NCBI GenBank assembly: GCA_951406725.2
Contig: OX597840.1
Location: 37,262,001 to 37,326,000, forward strand
Direction: 5' to 3'
Source: Octopus vulgaris
Taxonomy: Eukaryota
DNA: 64,000 bases
Position 1 is the stretch's first letter. Each line of letters begins with the position of its first letter. Shown piece by piece: positions 26,936-41,134 of this stretch. The translations under genes were made by a program, and so were the position numbers. The notes under the pieces were generated by a model that was given only the letters and a program-made list of their open reading frames with translations, had not been told where the DNA came from and searched no databases.

Positions 26936-27271
26936 AGGAGAAGAAGGAGACGAAGAAGAAGAAGAAGAAGAAGAAGAAGAGGAAGGAGACGAAGAAGAAG
27001 AAGGAGACGAAGAAGAAGAAGAAGAAGAAGACGAGGAAGTGGAAGAAGGAGAAGAAGAAGAAGAAGAAGACGAGGAAGTGGAAGAAGAAGAAGAAGAAGG
27101 AGAAGAAGGAGGAGGTAAAGAAGGAGAAGAAGAAGGAGGAAAAGAAGGAGGGAAAGAAGGAAAAGAAGGAGGGAAAGAAGGAAAAGAAGGAGGGAAAGAA
27201 TGAGAAGAAGAAGAAGAGGAAGGAGACGAAGTAGAAGAAAAAGAAGAGGAAGGAGAGAAGAAGAAGAAGAA
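26701..27271. repeat. ~570-bp polypurine (GAA)n-type repeat
   Basis: Almost only A/G on the plus strand, with gaa/gag/gac units. Confidence 0.95.
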
Positions 27272-27890
27272 GTATCCAGTTTGTAATAAATCTTTGGCAT
27301 TTCTATCCATCGTAGGTTGTGTATGTATAAATATCGAAACACACAAACGAACTCACACAGACAGATGCCATCACAGAGAGAAGAAATGTAGAGAGGGAGA
27401 GGAATAGAGAGAAACAGAGAGAGAGAGAAAGAGAGAGAGGGATAAAGAGAGACGGTGAGAGGCAGCATTGATCGCACATAAAGACGTAAAGTGGTCACGT
27501 GTCTTTTGCATGGAGACGGTCTCCATGCAGGTCTCAGATCACACTTTTGTAAATATAATGAGAACTAACTTTAGGTGAGGACATTTCGAGATGACCTTCG
27601 ACATTTAGTCAGGATCGGATTTATGCGCCAAAATTAGAATTTTGTTCCCCCCCCCCATAGTGGCTTCAGAAACTGTGACTGTCTACGCAGGTCTGGACAT
27701 AAAATATATTTGCTTTCTCTTCATCTCTCCCTCACGAAAGTCACTTGAAGATTTCCTGCTTTTACGACTACAGATGTAATAATCTGTTGTGCGAATGAAA
27801 ATAATTCCTACGTTTATGAGTAGGACTGTTAAATGACCTACTCGTTCGAGGCTGATATAGTTGTCTCTTCTTATTGTTAATTATAGCTAA

Positions 27891-28278
27891 CTAGCAGTAT
27901 CGCCCAGCGTTGCTCGGGTTTGTAAGGGAAATAAATATATAAGCATTTTTAGAGAGTTATAGCCAAAAAATAGCAAAAAAATGCATTAAAAATGGAAAAG
28001 AAATGATGGTAATTTTTTTAAAAAACGTTGACTCATCGTAGATATTTTTAGAGAGTTACTTCCCTTATATAATAGTGAAACAAATGCATTAAAATGGAAA
28101 AATTTTTTTTTTTAAATCGTAGACTCATCGTACACGCGCGCTAATACACAGAAGGGCTCGATATGAATCACGACTATAAGATACCCGGTTTTGGTTAAAC
28201 TGCACCGCAAAATGTGGGAGTAGTTAGGAATCTAATTCGTAGGAGACAGACACACAACTTCACTTTTATATATAAAGA
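27891..28278 (-). mobile_element. Non-autonomous Helitron sharing its 3' end with 18335-18693
   Basis: Minus strand: A|TCtttatatataaaag ... cccgagcaacgctggg hairpin ... CTAG|T. Confidence 0.85.
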
Positions 28279-29394
28279 TATTATGCTGGTAGCTGTGGCG
28301 TAATCCCGTGCCTATTCTTTAAAGTAAGACTCTTATCAGAGCTTCTCCATTCCAAAGCCTGGCGTCGTTATCTCGGAGATCTGGGACTATTTTACCTAAC
28401 GTCGCCTCATATTACGACACTTGAGACTGTTCGATCTGGTTGCACCGAAGAAAGTCTAAGCTAAGAGCATTAGATGTTTAGTAAGAAAGCTAGCGAGTGT
28501 ATACGGCAACAAAGACAAAAAAACGGAGAACAAGTTACACAATTATAAATACAAACAAGAATATAACAACAGGTGTCTTTCGACTGAGGACGAATCAAAT
28601 TGGGCTGGCGCACGCGCGCGCGTGTATATATATATATGCGTGTGCATATATATATATGCGTGTGCATGTATATATATATAACGTATATAGCTTGTATATC
28701 CAGTTAATAATGAAAAGCAAATAGAGATAAAGTTAATCATTTATTAACAAATTGGTCATCTTCGCTTCTTACAGCCGTTTCGATTTTAACTCACCATTTT
28801 AATTACAATTCCGTACATTAGAATATTGAGTCGTTAAGACGCACGATGGATATAGTCTTATGCCATCATTTTTTTTCTGGTCAAAGCTCCATTCACTCAG
28901 GTGGGTGACAAAGGAGTACCGTCACCTAGGTGTTATGAATAACGTATACGTACATAAGTATATACAGACGATTCTCAGATAATCTTACAAAGTGCACACT
29001 CACCGTTAATAATAAAATATAATATAATTGCGTAATATTTTCTTCACTCATGTGTCTACTTCAGGCTTTATCACACTATATATTCTACGTGATATACTCT
29101 ATTATAATTCTGAATACGTGGCAGTTATCTTCGCTTTCGTAATCTCACGGGTTAACTTATTTCTTACTTTTCCCGTTCAGTCAGCGTCCATTTTTCAGAG
29201 GAACGACGTCAGATTGTGTCAAACCAAAGATAGGCATCTGTTTATTCGCCATCTTGGGTGTTGCTATTCATTTTTCAATCAGTCAAGTAGCCGTTTGATG
29301 AAGTAGTTTTACAAGGAGACTCCCACATAAATACGAATATTATACTACAGGTTCTTATATATACACACATATATATACATATATATATACACAT

Positions 29395-29438
<44 letters not shown>

Positions 29439-30164
29439 GTATATGTGTGTGTAAATATATATGCATATATATAATACACACACATATATGCATGTGTATA
29501 TTTGTTCATATAGACATGTATATATATATGCATTTATGTATACACATTTACAAATACACACACTTATACGTATATGTATTTTTATATATTTATATTTATA
29601 TGCGCGTATCTGTGCATGTATGCGTCTATATATATATACGCACACATGCATTTTTATATATGTATTATACACATACAAACGTATAACAATTGCACACACA
29701 TACATACACGCACACAGACACAAGTGTGTGTGTGTGTGTGTGTGTGTGCGTGTGTGTGTGACATTGTAATATTTTGGTGTGTATGTGTGTGCATTTGCAT
29801 ACGCCTGCGTAAGAGGACAACTATTGGAATCTTTTTACGGATACAATAACATCTATTGTTTATAATATGCCGTCAAACAATTGTTTCAATACGAAAACAA
29901 GAACAAGAACAACAACAACAACAGTTACTGGAACTCAAAGAGAAAGAAAATCCATTTCAGACACAAAGCTTAGAAAAGAGCAAAGCGACGACGATATATA
30001 ATAATAATAATAATAATAATAATTTATACATTTATATATATCTGTGCGTGCGTGTATATGTGTGTGTTAGAGTGAGTGAGCATATTGGTGAGTGTTCATT
30101 TTATATGTATAAAATTGGGTTTTTATAAGTGTATGTGTAAATATGCATACATGGCTGTATATAT

Positions 30165-30177
30165 GCAAATATATATG

Positions 30178-30208
<31 letters not shown>

Positions 30209-30275
30209 ATGTATACATATGTATATATGTGTATATGTATATATACATATATATATGTATATGTATATATATATG

Positions 30276-30307
<32 letters not shown>

Positions 30308-30403
30308 TATATGTATATGTATATATATGTATGTATATATACATATATATATATATGTATATATATCTGTATATTTATATCTATATACATGTATATTTAT
30401 ATG

Positions 30404-30435
<32 letters not shown>

Positions 30436-30523
30436 TATATGTATTTATATGTATGTATATATCTGTATATTTATATCTATATACATGTATATTTATGTAT
30501 AAGTATATATATATATGTATATA

Positions 30524-30605
<82 letters not shown>

Positions 30606-30668
30606 ATATATATATATATGTATATATATAATATATGTATATATATTTATATGTATATATATATATAT
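30165..30668. repeat. ~500-bp imperfect (TA)n microsatellite
   Basis: Read directly. Confidence 0.95.
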
Positions 30669-31059
30669 CTGATCAATCTAGAGAGAGAAACGAAATAATA
30701 CAATAATTGTGCTCTTACGTAGACGGAATATTTATAATTTCTTTTACCGTTGGTCTCTGAACATTGCTGTTTCTATAATGTTTATTACTGGCGGTGCTGG
30801 TGGTGGCGGCGGGGTGGGGGCGTGTAATACTGCTGGTGATGGTGGCGGTAGCGTTGGCGGTATTGCGGACAGGGGTGGAAGCGTAGGTGTCGGTGCTAGT
30901 TTTGTTGGGGTTGGCGTCGGTGGCGACGGTGCTCCTGTTGTTCTCATTGTATTTCTTCTTATTTTTAATCTGCTTCATGCTATTACGTTGCATTCGTTTG
31001 TCATAATGATGGAGACGAACATGATGACGATGAAGAACATCATCATCATCATCACCGCC

Positions 31060-31060
31060 A

Positions 31061-31091
<31 letters not shown>

Positions 31092-31640
31092 TTTTATTAT
31101 TATTGGTGGTAGAAATACTTCTACTACCGTTGTTATTGTTACTATTATTATCATTATTACTATTTTTGTTATTATTATTACTATTATTATTATTATTGTT
31201 ACTCTTATTATTATTATTGTTACTCTTATTATTATTATTATTATTATTATTATTAGTAGTAGTAGTAGTATTATTATTAACGGTGTTTCTTATGTTCTGT
31301 GTTTTCCGAGTGCTATTTCTTTTCTTTAAGTATCATTGTTATTAGAGGTGTAGTCTCTCTGAAGTCAATAGCTGAGGCCAAAATCGCCATTGTTATTATC
31401 ATTACCATTATTATTATTATTATTATTATTATTTTAGTATTATTATTACTATTGTCATAACCATCATCATTAGCAGCAGCAACAACGTTAGCATCATTAT
31501 CATTATTAGTATTCTCTTTGTTGTTTCTCTTGTTGCTATTGCGATTATTATTATTATTATTATATTATTATTATCTTTATTATTGCTATTATCTTTATTA
31601 TTATTATTATTATTATTAATATTATTATTATTATTATCAT
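31060..31640. repeat. Imperfect (ATT)n trinucleotide region
   Basis: Read directly. Confidence 0.9.
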
Positions 31641-31688
31641 AAATGTCGTTATTATAATCACAGCTGCTATGTTTGGGGAAGAGCTTAC

Positions 31689-31703
31689 ATGTTATTTCCT
31701 ACA
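31689..31703 (-). other. Candidate 15-nt microexon
   Basis: Minus strand: gcttttctttgtttcAG|tgtaggaaataacat|GTAAGc. Confidence 0.35.
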
Positions 31704-34700
31704 CTGAAACAAAGAAAAGCTTGTGAATGGTTTTACTCGTTGTAGTGGCCATGGTGATGGTGGCTGATGCTGCTGGTGGTGGTGGTGGTGTTTGTGATGT
31801 TTTGAGTTGGTGGTGTGGAAGGAAGAGGGTAGCGTTCAGGAATGACAAATCCTATTAAAAGAATGTGGTATGGATAAAGACTTTGAAAGGTTTGGTCGTA
31901 GCTGTTTCCATGTTCGAGCTTCCACGTTTTTTGTTTTCGTTTCTTTGTCTTTCTTCATTGTTGTTTTGTTAGAGACCTAAGTTAATATTGAGTTGGGGAA
32001 AGAGAAAGACAGACAAAGATATAGAGAATATGAAAGAGAAATAGAGAGAAGGAGAGAGAGAGAGAGAGAGAGAGAGATTCAGAGGTAGAGAACGTGCGTG
32101 TATCTGTTTGAGAGCATCAGAAGCAGAAGAGAGTCGAAGAAGCGCGTGAGAAGGAGAGAAAGATAGAAGTATTGAAAAAGATATAAAATGCATAAGAAAA
32201 GGTGTGTGTATGTATTCCTTTCCTTAGTGTGTTACTTTATAATTATATATGTGTGTGTGTGTGTGTTTCTATATATCAAAGTATTATATATGTATGACAG
32301 AGAAATACATAGAGGGACGGCAGAGAGATATGGGGAGAGAGACAGGGAGAGAAATAATGAGAGAAAGAGATATATAGGAAGAGAGAAGTAAAATAAATAC
32401 CCCAAAACATAAACAGATCAAAAAATCAATAAATAATCATTTGTCTATATAGATTGCCTAACTGTGTTAAATCTGAAATTTGTTTGCAAGAATTTTGGCT
32501 TCAAATGCCAGATTAAGCTGTCGTTTTTTGTGGTTTCCTATATTTACATGAATTTCTTAAATATCTAAATACGCACTCTGAAGTAAAGTAGAAGAAATGT
32601 GCGCCATTTTTTTTCGTCTTTTATTTACATTTTTGCTTAGAATCAACGAGACAAATTGACATTTTACTTTTGATTTCACATTTTAATATATTTATTGAGC
32701 TTTAATGGCGGTGGATTGCAAAAATCAAATTGATAGAGTGATAGATAAGAATGTTTTACTCTATTTACTTTCCTATATTTACTCTTTTTGTGTTCGAATC
32801 GCGACTAAATTACCTTTAAGTTGCCTTTCATCCTTCCAAAGTCAATAAAATAAAATACCCATCCAGCACAGTGGTCGATAATTATCGATTATATACTCCC
32901 TCTTTCCCTAAATGTGTGACTGTACCGATGTTAGGAAATATATGTATTGAGACAAGGTATGATAGAATGGTAAAAGATGTTTGCTTCCCAAACACGTACG
33001 GCGCCATCTTTGTTCAACAATTGTTCAACAATATCTTAGCCTCCGATTTATTTCGTGCCAGAAACTCTATTCTTACAATAAATTTCTGAATTCTTCTCTT
33101 CCTTTTGGTTCCTTTCACTTTTGTTAATATTCACCAATTCTTTCCATTTCGTTTCCAGTTCTCTTTTCCGCAGTTTCATTCCACCTGAAATCTCCTTTCT
33201 CTTCTATCAATTTTTCATCATTTCTTCCCACGTCTCCCTCAATCATTTTCTTCCAGGTATTCCTTACACTTAGACCCAATTACCCCTTAAATGAAACATC
33301 AACAACCCCTCTCATATGAAAATAATTTAGATGGAGTATTTGGAGCTTGGATAGCCCAGTGTAGCCCATGGTGTCCTATCTGGGGTTCTGCGTAGTCTTA
33401 GTCATTAGAACGTTTAATTTTCAGTGATCTTTTAATTGATACAGAATGCATTTGGAATGCATCCCCGTCTGTGTCAGCAATGAGTGTGCATCTGTCCTAT
33501 CATCGCAACTACGTGATCATTGAACGAAAGCGGAAGTGGTTGAGTAATTCGTAGACATGTATCCATAACACAATTCTCATGTAGAACCACAGTCAAATTG
33601 AATAACAAAGCTGGACCCTTGAATTTCATGTGCAATGCATTAGACGGGCAACAACTCTATCTGGTTTCAGTTGCAAAGCTGGCGTTGATCAGAAGATCAA
33701 CGGTAGAACACAGTAAGATCGAACCCGACGTCTTGTCATTGCGAACTCCTTAATCATTCGATCATGTGATGTGTTAAACAGAGAGTTTGATTTATAACAC
33801 TTTTCCTGCAGAATCCCTCGATGGTTTAATCAGTGAAAAAATAAAACAAGAATCTTTGCCACTGTCGCGAAACAAATACCGCAAGGTATTTGAAATAAGA
33901 TAGCGATCTACCGTAGGGTACCATACAGTTTCAGTCTGTCATATTCGATACTATACTCAACATATTGGCCAAAGAGAGTGACCAGGATTGAAAATGAAAC
34001 CATTCTAAGACTATTTTGTAGTCTTGGAATTTTGTAGCACTTCATCATTGTGAAGGTTCTGTCTCTGCTCATGTTTAACAGGATTTTTATGCTTATTATT
34101 TCCGTTGTAATAGGTGGGTTTAAATTTGCTTTTCTCCCCCTTTCGGTGACGATGAAGAAAGTATTAGGCTAGTGCAATGGATTTCATAAAATGTAAGACT
34201 TTAAGATCGTGCTAACTGTCCTGGATCATATGGCCAGAGTTTCTCTAGAATAACATTGGAACCGAACTGTATTTATCATTGCAATTCATTTAGCAACATC
34301 GGAGACAAGAAGCAGAAAGAAATGTGTGAAGTAGTGGAAGTTTTCCATATAAGCCTCACTCTGTCTCAGCTACGACGAAGAGGTTCCGTGCTTCCTTTTA
34401 GGCTATTTTTACTGTTGCTATTGTTATTCTTGAATCGGAGGTCGGCCTTAATTGGCCATACCTTACCAGAAAGGATTCTGGCAGTGTCGGTTTCATTTAT
34501 TTTGCGGACAAAATATAACGAAGTGTTTATCATCATGCAAAGTGTCTCCAACCACTTTTTGAGAGAGTTTGATGCGATATGAATAAGGTTTAGCTTCTAT
34601 TTCTTATCTATAGGGTAACTACTATTATGGACACGATGGTGACATATTGTGTATTTCTAAATTTACCAACGTTGAGTTGAAATCATTATACAAGTTTAGA

Positions 34701-34910
34701 TATTATGAAAGACATTCCAGCTATGAGCATTACGTTATTTTCAGACATACTATAGTTGAAATATGCCATCCAATGAGTCAACTGTATTTTAAAAACAGGC
34801 TTTGGGACTCAATCAAATCAGCACCGGTTGTCACTCTGTAGTGAGCGACAAACAGCAGTAAAGAAGAACACAATTAACACACATACATACATACATAATG
34901 CATTGGTTTT

Positions 34911-35904
34911 GATAGAATTGAGCTGTTATCTGTGCAATTTGAATTAGATAACGATGGGTGAAAGCAGAGGTTGAATGATGCCTGAGGATAACAAATAGAG
35001 ACAGAGATGGTGATAAAATTTAGATGAAGGCAGAAGAGGGAGGATGAAGAAGAGAAAGAAAAAAGAGAAATATATTTAAACCGTAGTCTAAACAATCTGC
35101 TCGTACAACTCTATTCACTAGATTTCCAATTACAAAGTTTAAAGTATCGACCCATTTATTTTAAAGCAGTAGTGGTTTTATTTCTGATATATTTGGCTGT
35201 TATTTCTAGTTTGGTGATCCTCCACTAGATGCCCTCTGCATTGGTTCATCAATGATTTTTTCTGAGCTCATGCATGTCTGTGTGTAAATGAGGACTCTGA
35301 AAAGTTCCTGGTTTTAAGGACGTATTGAAAGGATGTTTCGGGGCCAAACCTACGGAGGCCAAACCTTCAGAGTTCTTCCACGTGGCTTAGAAAAACTGAA
35401 GGACTGCAATAAGTGTGTGTGTCGAAGAGGCGAATGTGTTGCATAAAATCACAATTAGCAAATTTTCCTCTATTTTCTTTAGCCTAAAGCCAGAAACTTT
35501 TCAGCACCCAGCCGTATATGATGCATGGGTATGTATATACGCACCCATGTGTACGTATGTGACCATATGTGTCTGTGCGTGTGTCCATGTATCTGTACGT
35601 GTGCATTAATGTGTACGAGCATTTACATGTCAGTGTGCGTGAGAGCGTGAGAGCTTTATCGCTGGTTTTGCTTTATGCTACGATTTGAATGAATTATTAT
35701 GCGATTGGTCCATGTCAGTTGCGACCATTGGTTGTGATAAATTCATTGATTATTGATGGAATTGAGCTGTTATCTGTGCAATCTGAATTGTAAATAGTTG
35801 CTGTATTAGAAGATATCGATGGGTGAAAGCAGAGGTTGAACGATGCCTGAGGATAACAAATAGAGACAGAAATGGTGATAAAATTTAGATGATGGCAGAA
35901 GAGG
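34911..35904 (+). repeat. Local direct duplication (34911-35039 and 35755-35904)
   Basis: attgagctgttatctgtgcaat...gatgggtgaaagcagaggttgaa...gcagaagagg occurs twice, with a ~20-bp indel between copies. Confidence 0.9.
35289..35516. mobile_element. Mariner-derived MITE
   Basis: TIRs ctgaaaagttcctggtttta / taaagccagaaacttttcag; right end cgTA. Confidence 0.7.
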
Positions 35905-36353
35905 AAGGAGGAGGAGGGAGAGGAAGAATAGAGAAGGAAAGAAAAGAAGGAGAGCAACAACATGAGCAGACAGAAGAAAAAAATGAGAGACTGTGCGGTG
36001 TGAGCAAAGAGGAAATTACGAAAGATATGGGAAGATATATGGTATTAGAGATGAAGAGACTAACGAAAAAAAAAAAAACCAGCAGCAGCAGTAGTAGTGG
36101 TAGTAATAGTAATATGATGGCAGCAGCAGCAGCAGTAGTAGTAGTTGTTCTTGTTCTTGTAGAGCGAATGGAGAGAGTAAGAATAATGGGGGAATGATAG
36201 AGAGCGAAATTATATAGAGATTAATATAGATACATGAACAGTGATGTATATAGTCATGTATGCATGTATATATATATACATATGTGTGTGTGTGTGTGTG
36301 TGTTTATTTGTGTACTTTTGTAAGTATATACATATCTATAGATGTATACGAAG

Positions 36354-36432
<79 letters not shown>

Positions 36433-36490
36433 AGAAGTGAGTGAGAAGATGGACAGAAAGTGGAAGTAACTATTTATGAATGTATATATG

Positions 36491-36526
<36 letters not shown>

Positions 36527-37453
36527 GTGGGTATATTGTGTGCGTTAGTTTAGGTTTTGTGTATCCGTGCTTGTATGTGTGTGTGTGTGCATGATGCTAA
36601 GACAACACTATCTCCATTAACCTGAAAGGCAAAGACTCTAAACGCAGCAGATGATAAAGAGAATTCTCAACTCCTCTCTCACCGTATATCGAGCTGACCT
36701 CTTGTGGGCAATTTTTTTTCTCGCTACCCTGAATCTAAGTCGATCCCATCAGCAGTTATTTAGACATAATTTTTAAGAATAACCTGAGTCTCAATATTTT
36801 CTAACAAGAAAAGCAGTACACCCAACACTGAAAAATAGTATCTGGCTAATAGACGATGATAAAACCGTTCGTTTTCTTTGATAATGTCGACTTCTATCCC
36901 TCAATAAGTAATCTATTCATTCTAAAAGCTTGCTTCTTTTATGGAATCTTACAATTAAATAATGTTAATACATAAGGGTAGCATTAAATAATACTAACAT
37001 TTGTATCGGATGCTAACTTTAATTTGAATATGAGGAAGTCTTTATTGTTTTGCAAAAATGCTACATGAATGACGTTGGAAATTTCGTCAAAATGGCTACG
37101 GGTGACATTGATGCCTTAGGGTTGTGCTATTTACAAAGGAAGACATTACTCAGTGCCGTTCAATGAGATTACAACCGAAGCCTACTTTTGCAAAATGAAT
37201 TTCTCAAGGGCATTGCTTTTTTGATTGCATTTTCTCAGAGCAAACCACTACCTCCAATATTGAGTGAACTCGTTTATGTTATCATATAAAAGCAGGTATA
37301 GCTGTGTGTTGAAGAAACTGGCTTTGTAGCCAGTTGGTACTGGTTTCAGTCCTACTACGTGACACTTTGAATTAGTTTCTTGAATTAAAACCGCGAGCCG
37401 ACAGATACCTTAGGAATGAATTTGGTGGACGGAAACTCTGTGGGAACACGGCG

Positions 37454-37506
<53 letters not shown>

Positions 37507-37531
37507 GAAGAAGAAGAAGAAGAAGAAGAAG

Positions 37532-38090
37532 AATTGCCCTGATGCAGTATCAGGCAGTTGCTCTCGTGGCTTTCGATCTTAACTAATTGGAAGAGTTACC
37601 ATGTATATTGTTTTGTCTTGGTATAAAAGAAGGGCTACAGCAAATAGTCTGCTCAATACCACAGATTTGTTTGCCAGTTGTTTGACCATAACCAGTTGAG
37701 CATGTCCCTTAGTGGCTGACGATATGTGCATCTCTGATCACGAGTAGAAGTAGTGTGGGAGCATCATAGCCATGTGCTGAGAGGGATTCTTTGGGGTTTG
37801 AATGATTCACCTCTGGAAACATGGGTGGTTCTTTCAACATCCTTAAACAACCCTTATTCAGGGACCTTTTGAGCGGGATGGGCTGCTCAACCTGAAGAAA
37901 ATTCTAACTGGGCCCCACCTGCAAGGTCATGTGCTGTTTATCTTGATATGAGATCACCATGTCGCGCACATATGGTTGTGATGCATGTGCCTGGTGTACC
38001 TTTATCAGACGGGTAGTCATGATGGGTATATTGGGCTTCGTATATTTTACCCCAGTGTCACTTTGATGGCATGCACTGCTCTCTCACTCA
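37532..38090. mobile_element. ~560-bp non-coding insertion within a (TAA)n/(GAA)n microsatellite
   Basis: Sharp-bordered complex block between (TAA)n(GAA)n and (TAA)n; several hairpins; no recognisable coding motif. Confidence 0.55.
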
Positions 38091-38107
38091 ATAATAATAA
38101 CAATAAT

Positions 38108-38292
38108 GGTTCCAAATTTTGCTACAAGTTCAGCAATTTCAGGGAAAGGAGTAAGTCGATTACATGGACCCCAATGCGCAAATAGCACTTATTCCATCGA
38201 TCCAATAGGATGAACGGCAGAGTCCAGCTTGGGGGAATTTGAACTCAGGACGCTAAAGACAAACGAAATGCCGCTAAGCATTTTGCCACCTT
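38108..38292 (-). mobile_element. SINE family B, degenerate
   Basis: ggaatttgaactcaggacg...gaaatgccgctaagcatttt matches family B. Confidence 0.75.
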
Positions 38293-38432
38293 AAACCTAC
38301 CTAAATATTGGCAGCATCGTTTTAAGCCAATTTCTCCAAAACTTAGTTATTCACACGATTGCTTTTTTTTTTCAAGTATTGTTAAACCCGTTGAAGGCGT
38401 GATACAAGTTGCTAAATGTAAAACGTATTTAA

Positions 38433-38862
38433 ATATATATATATATATACACATATATATGTATATATATATATGTATATATACACATATATATGTATAT
38501 ATATATATGTATATATACACATATATATGTATATATATATATATGTATATATATACACATATATATGTATATATATATATGTATATATACACATATATAT
38601 GTATATATATATATGTATATATACACACATATATATGTATATATATATATGTATATATACACACATACATATGTATATATATATATGTATATATACACAC
38701 ATATATATGTATATATACACATATATATGTATATATACACATATATATATATACACACACACACATATATATATACATACACACATATATATATACACAC
38801 ACACACACATATATATATACACACACACACACACACATATATACACACACACACACATATAT

Positions 38863-38893
<31 letters not shown>

Positions 38894-38996
38894 CACACAC
38901 ATATATATACACACACACACACATATATATATATATACACACACATATATATATATACACACACATATATATATATACACACACATATATATATAT

Positions 38997-39033
<37 letters not shown>

Positions 39034-39040
39034 CATATAT
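38433..39040. repeat. ~600-bp (TA)n/(CA)n compound repeat
   Basis: Read directly. Confidence 0.95.
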
Positions 39041-39824
39041 AAAGTAGGCGTTATCTTTGTATTTGTTAAATGTTTCGTTAATATTGGACACTCAATGGTG
39101 GGTACGTATTGAATATCGTTCAAGTTGTCAGCATTTATTTCGCATAACTGAAAGGTATTAAATATAACAAAAAGCAAATCACATCCCCGAAATCTGAAAA
39201 CACGCACAAAAAAAAAAAAAATATACAAATAATGGGGGGGGGAGGGGGGGAAATATTGAAATCAAAGCCTAGTTTGTTCCGGAACTATCAAAGCCGTGGA
39301 ATCGCTTTATGACCACAAATAAACAAGCAACAGAACGCCAGTGCCAATATAATGAAAGGCAGGCTTATTTTTCTTGAATTCATGCTTCAGTTGTAATGGA
39401 TTTGTGCGCAGCTAAACTCGAGAGATCCCCCACGCAAAACATGCGAGCAGGAACTGCATGTTTGCAGTGAGTTAGCGCAAAAATAAGCAAAGATCGGGAA
39501 TACAGAACAACAACTGAATACATTGGAATTAACATACATTGGGGTGTGGTCGGGATTTTGGGGGTTTTTTTTTTCATTTTTTATTTTTTATTTTTTTTTT
39601 TCTGTGCGCTGGAACGAGAAACAAACGCCAGATTTCCATACTGCTAATAAGTCACAGGTATTAACATACACAACATGGTGTGTGCGTGTACGCGAATCAC
39701 TGTGCGTGTGTGGAGGTGTGTGTGTATGTGTGTGTGTGTACTTATAAATAAGCATTACGATTGTATAGCTGCTTAAAAAAATATTAACACATATACCTGT
39801 GTTTAAGTATCCATATATGTATTC

Positions 39825-39874
<50 letters not shown>

Positions 39875-40942
39875 ATTAGCGTATATGTGTGTGTATGTAT
39901 ATATATATACATATATATATGTACACATATATGTATGTACGTATATATATATGTATATATGTATGTATATATATGTAGTGTATATATATATATGTATGTA
40001 CGTATATATGTATGTATATACATATGTACGAATATATATATAATTATATATGTAACTATATTTATATACGTGAGTGCGTGTATATACATATGTACGTATA
40101 TACATATGTATACATATATATATGTATGTATGCATGTATTTTTATATATATATGTATGTATGTATGTATGTGTGTATACAAATACACACACAGGAGGAGA
40201 TTGTGTGAGATATGCATTTATGAAAGCATGGAAATGCACACTGAGATTTATAGAAGTGTGTGTGTGTGTATGGGAGCTTGTGTGCGTCTGTATGGGTGTG
40301 TATATACATATTCGATCACACGCGAAAACACCCTTATATACTTCTACATATACCATAATTCACGGATATATATTTATACACACAATTGCCAAAACAAACA
40401 CCAACAACAACAAAATAACACAAGAATATATGTTTTTCTCATGTTGTTTGGGATTATAGCTTCCTAAAACCTCTTTGAATCTATGAGGATACGGTAAATA
40501 TCACAACACATCTACCAGATATTAAAACGAACCGAATCAAGCTTCCGCATCTTCCATCTCACCGACGACTCAACGACACCAATGACTAGAGAAAGCAGCA
40601 GTTGTCTTTGGTGTTTTGTTAGCGCTGCAGTTGTTGTTTCCGTTGATGATGATGATGATGATGGTGATGCTGTTGTTATTGTTGTCGTTGTCATTGGACA
40701 TGGTGGGTGTTGGGAAAGGGATGCGGAAGTTGGTGCACGCTGATGCGGATTTCTAGAGGTGGTCCGTCCAACTGAGATGTGTCGGTGCGTGCAGTTTTCC
40801 ATGCTTACACACACATACACGCACGCACACACACACACAACACACACAGGCACTTGCGTTTATATATGTTAATATAGAAACACACACATATACATAGGTG
40901 TATATGTAAATATAGAAACACACATACATTATATGCTTTATA

Positions 40943-41101
40943 GCCGCAGGAGTGGCTGTGTGGTAACTGGCTTGCCAACCATATGGTTCCGGGTTCAGTC
41001 CCACTGCGTGGCACCTTGGGCAAGTGACTTCTCCTATAGCCTCGGGCCGACGAAAGTCTTGTGATTCAATTTGGTAGACGGAAACTGAAAGATGCCCGTC
41101 G

Positions 41102-41134
<33 letters not shown>

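Noticed and set aside
26632-27498. Poly-Lys, poly-Leu and poly-Ser ORFs of 200-273 aa
   Set aside because: Artefacts of the (GAA)n tract.
30709-31345. Gly/Pro/Ile-rich ORFs
   Set aside because: Trinucleotide low-complexity sequence with no domain or convincing splice boundaries.
33240-33262. Plus-strand cttccAG|GTATTC
   Set aside because: Weak donor within a generally pyrimidine-rich stretch, on the strand opposite the other splice signals.
34080-34600. Possible Tc1-like remnants here and at 58340-58600
   Set aside because: Only faint motif resemblance; too decayed to support by eye.
36612-36645. Minus-strand ctttcAG|GTTAAT
   Set aside because: Donor half is a poor match to GTRAG.
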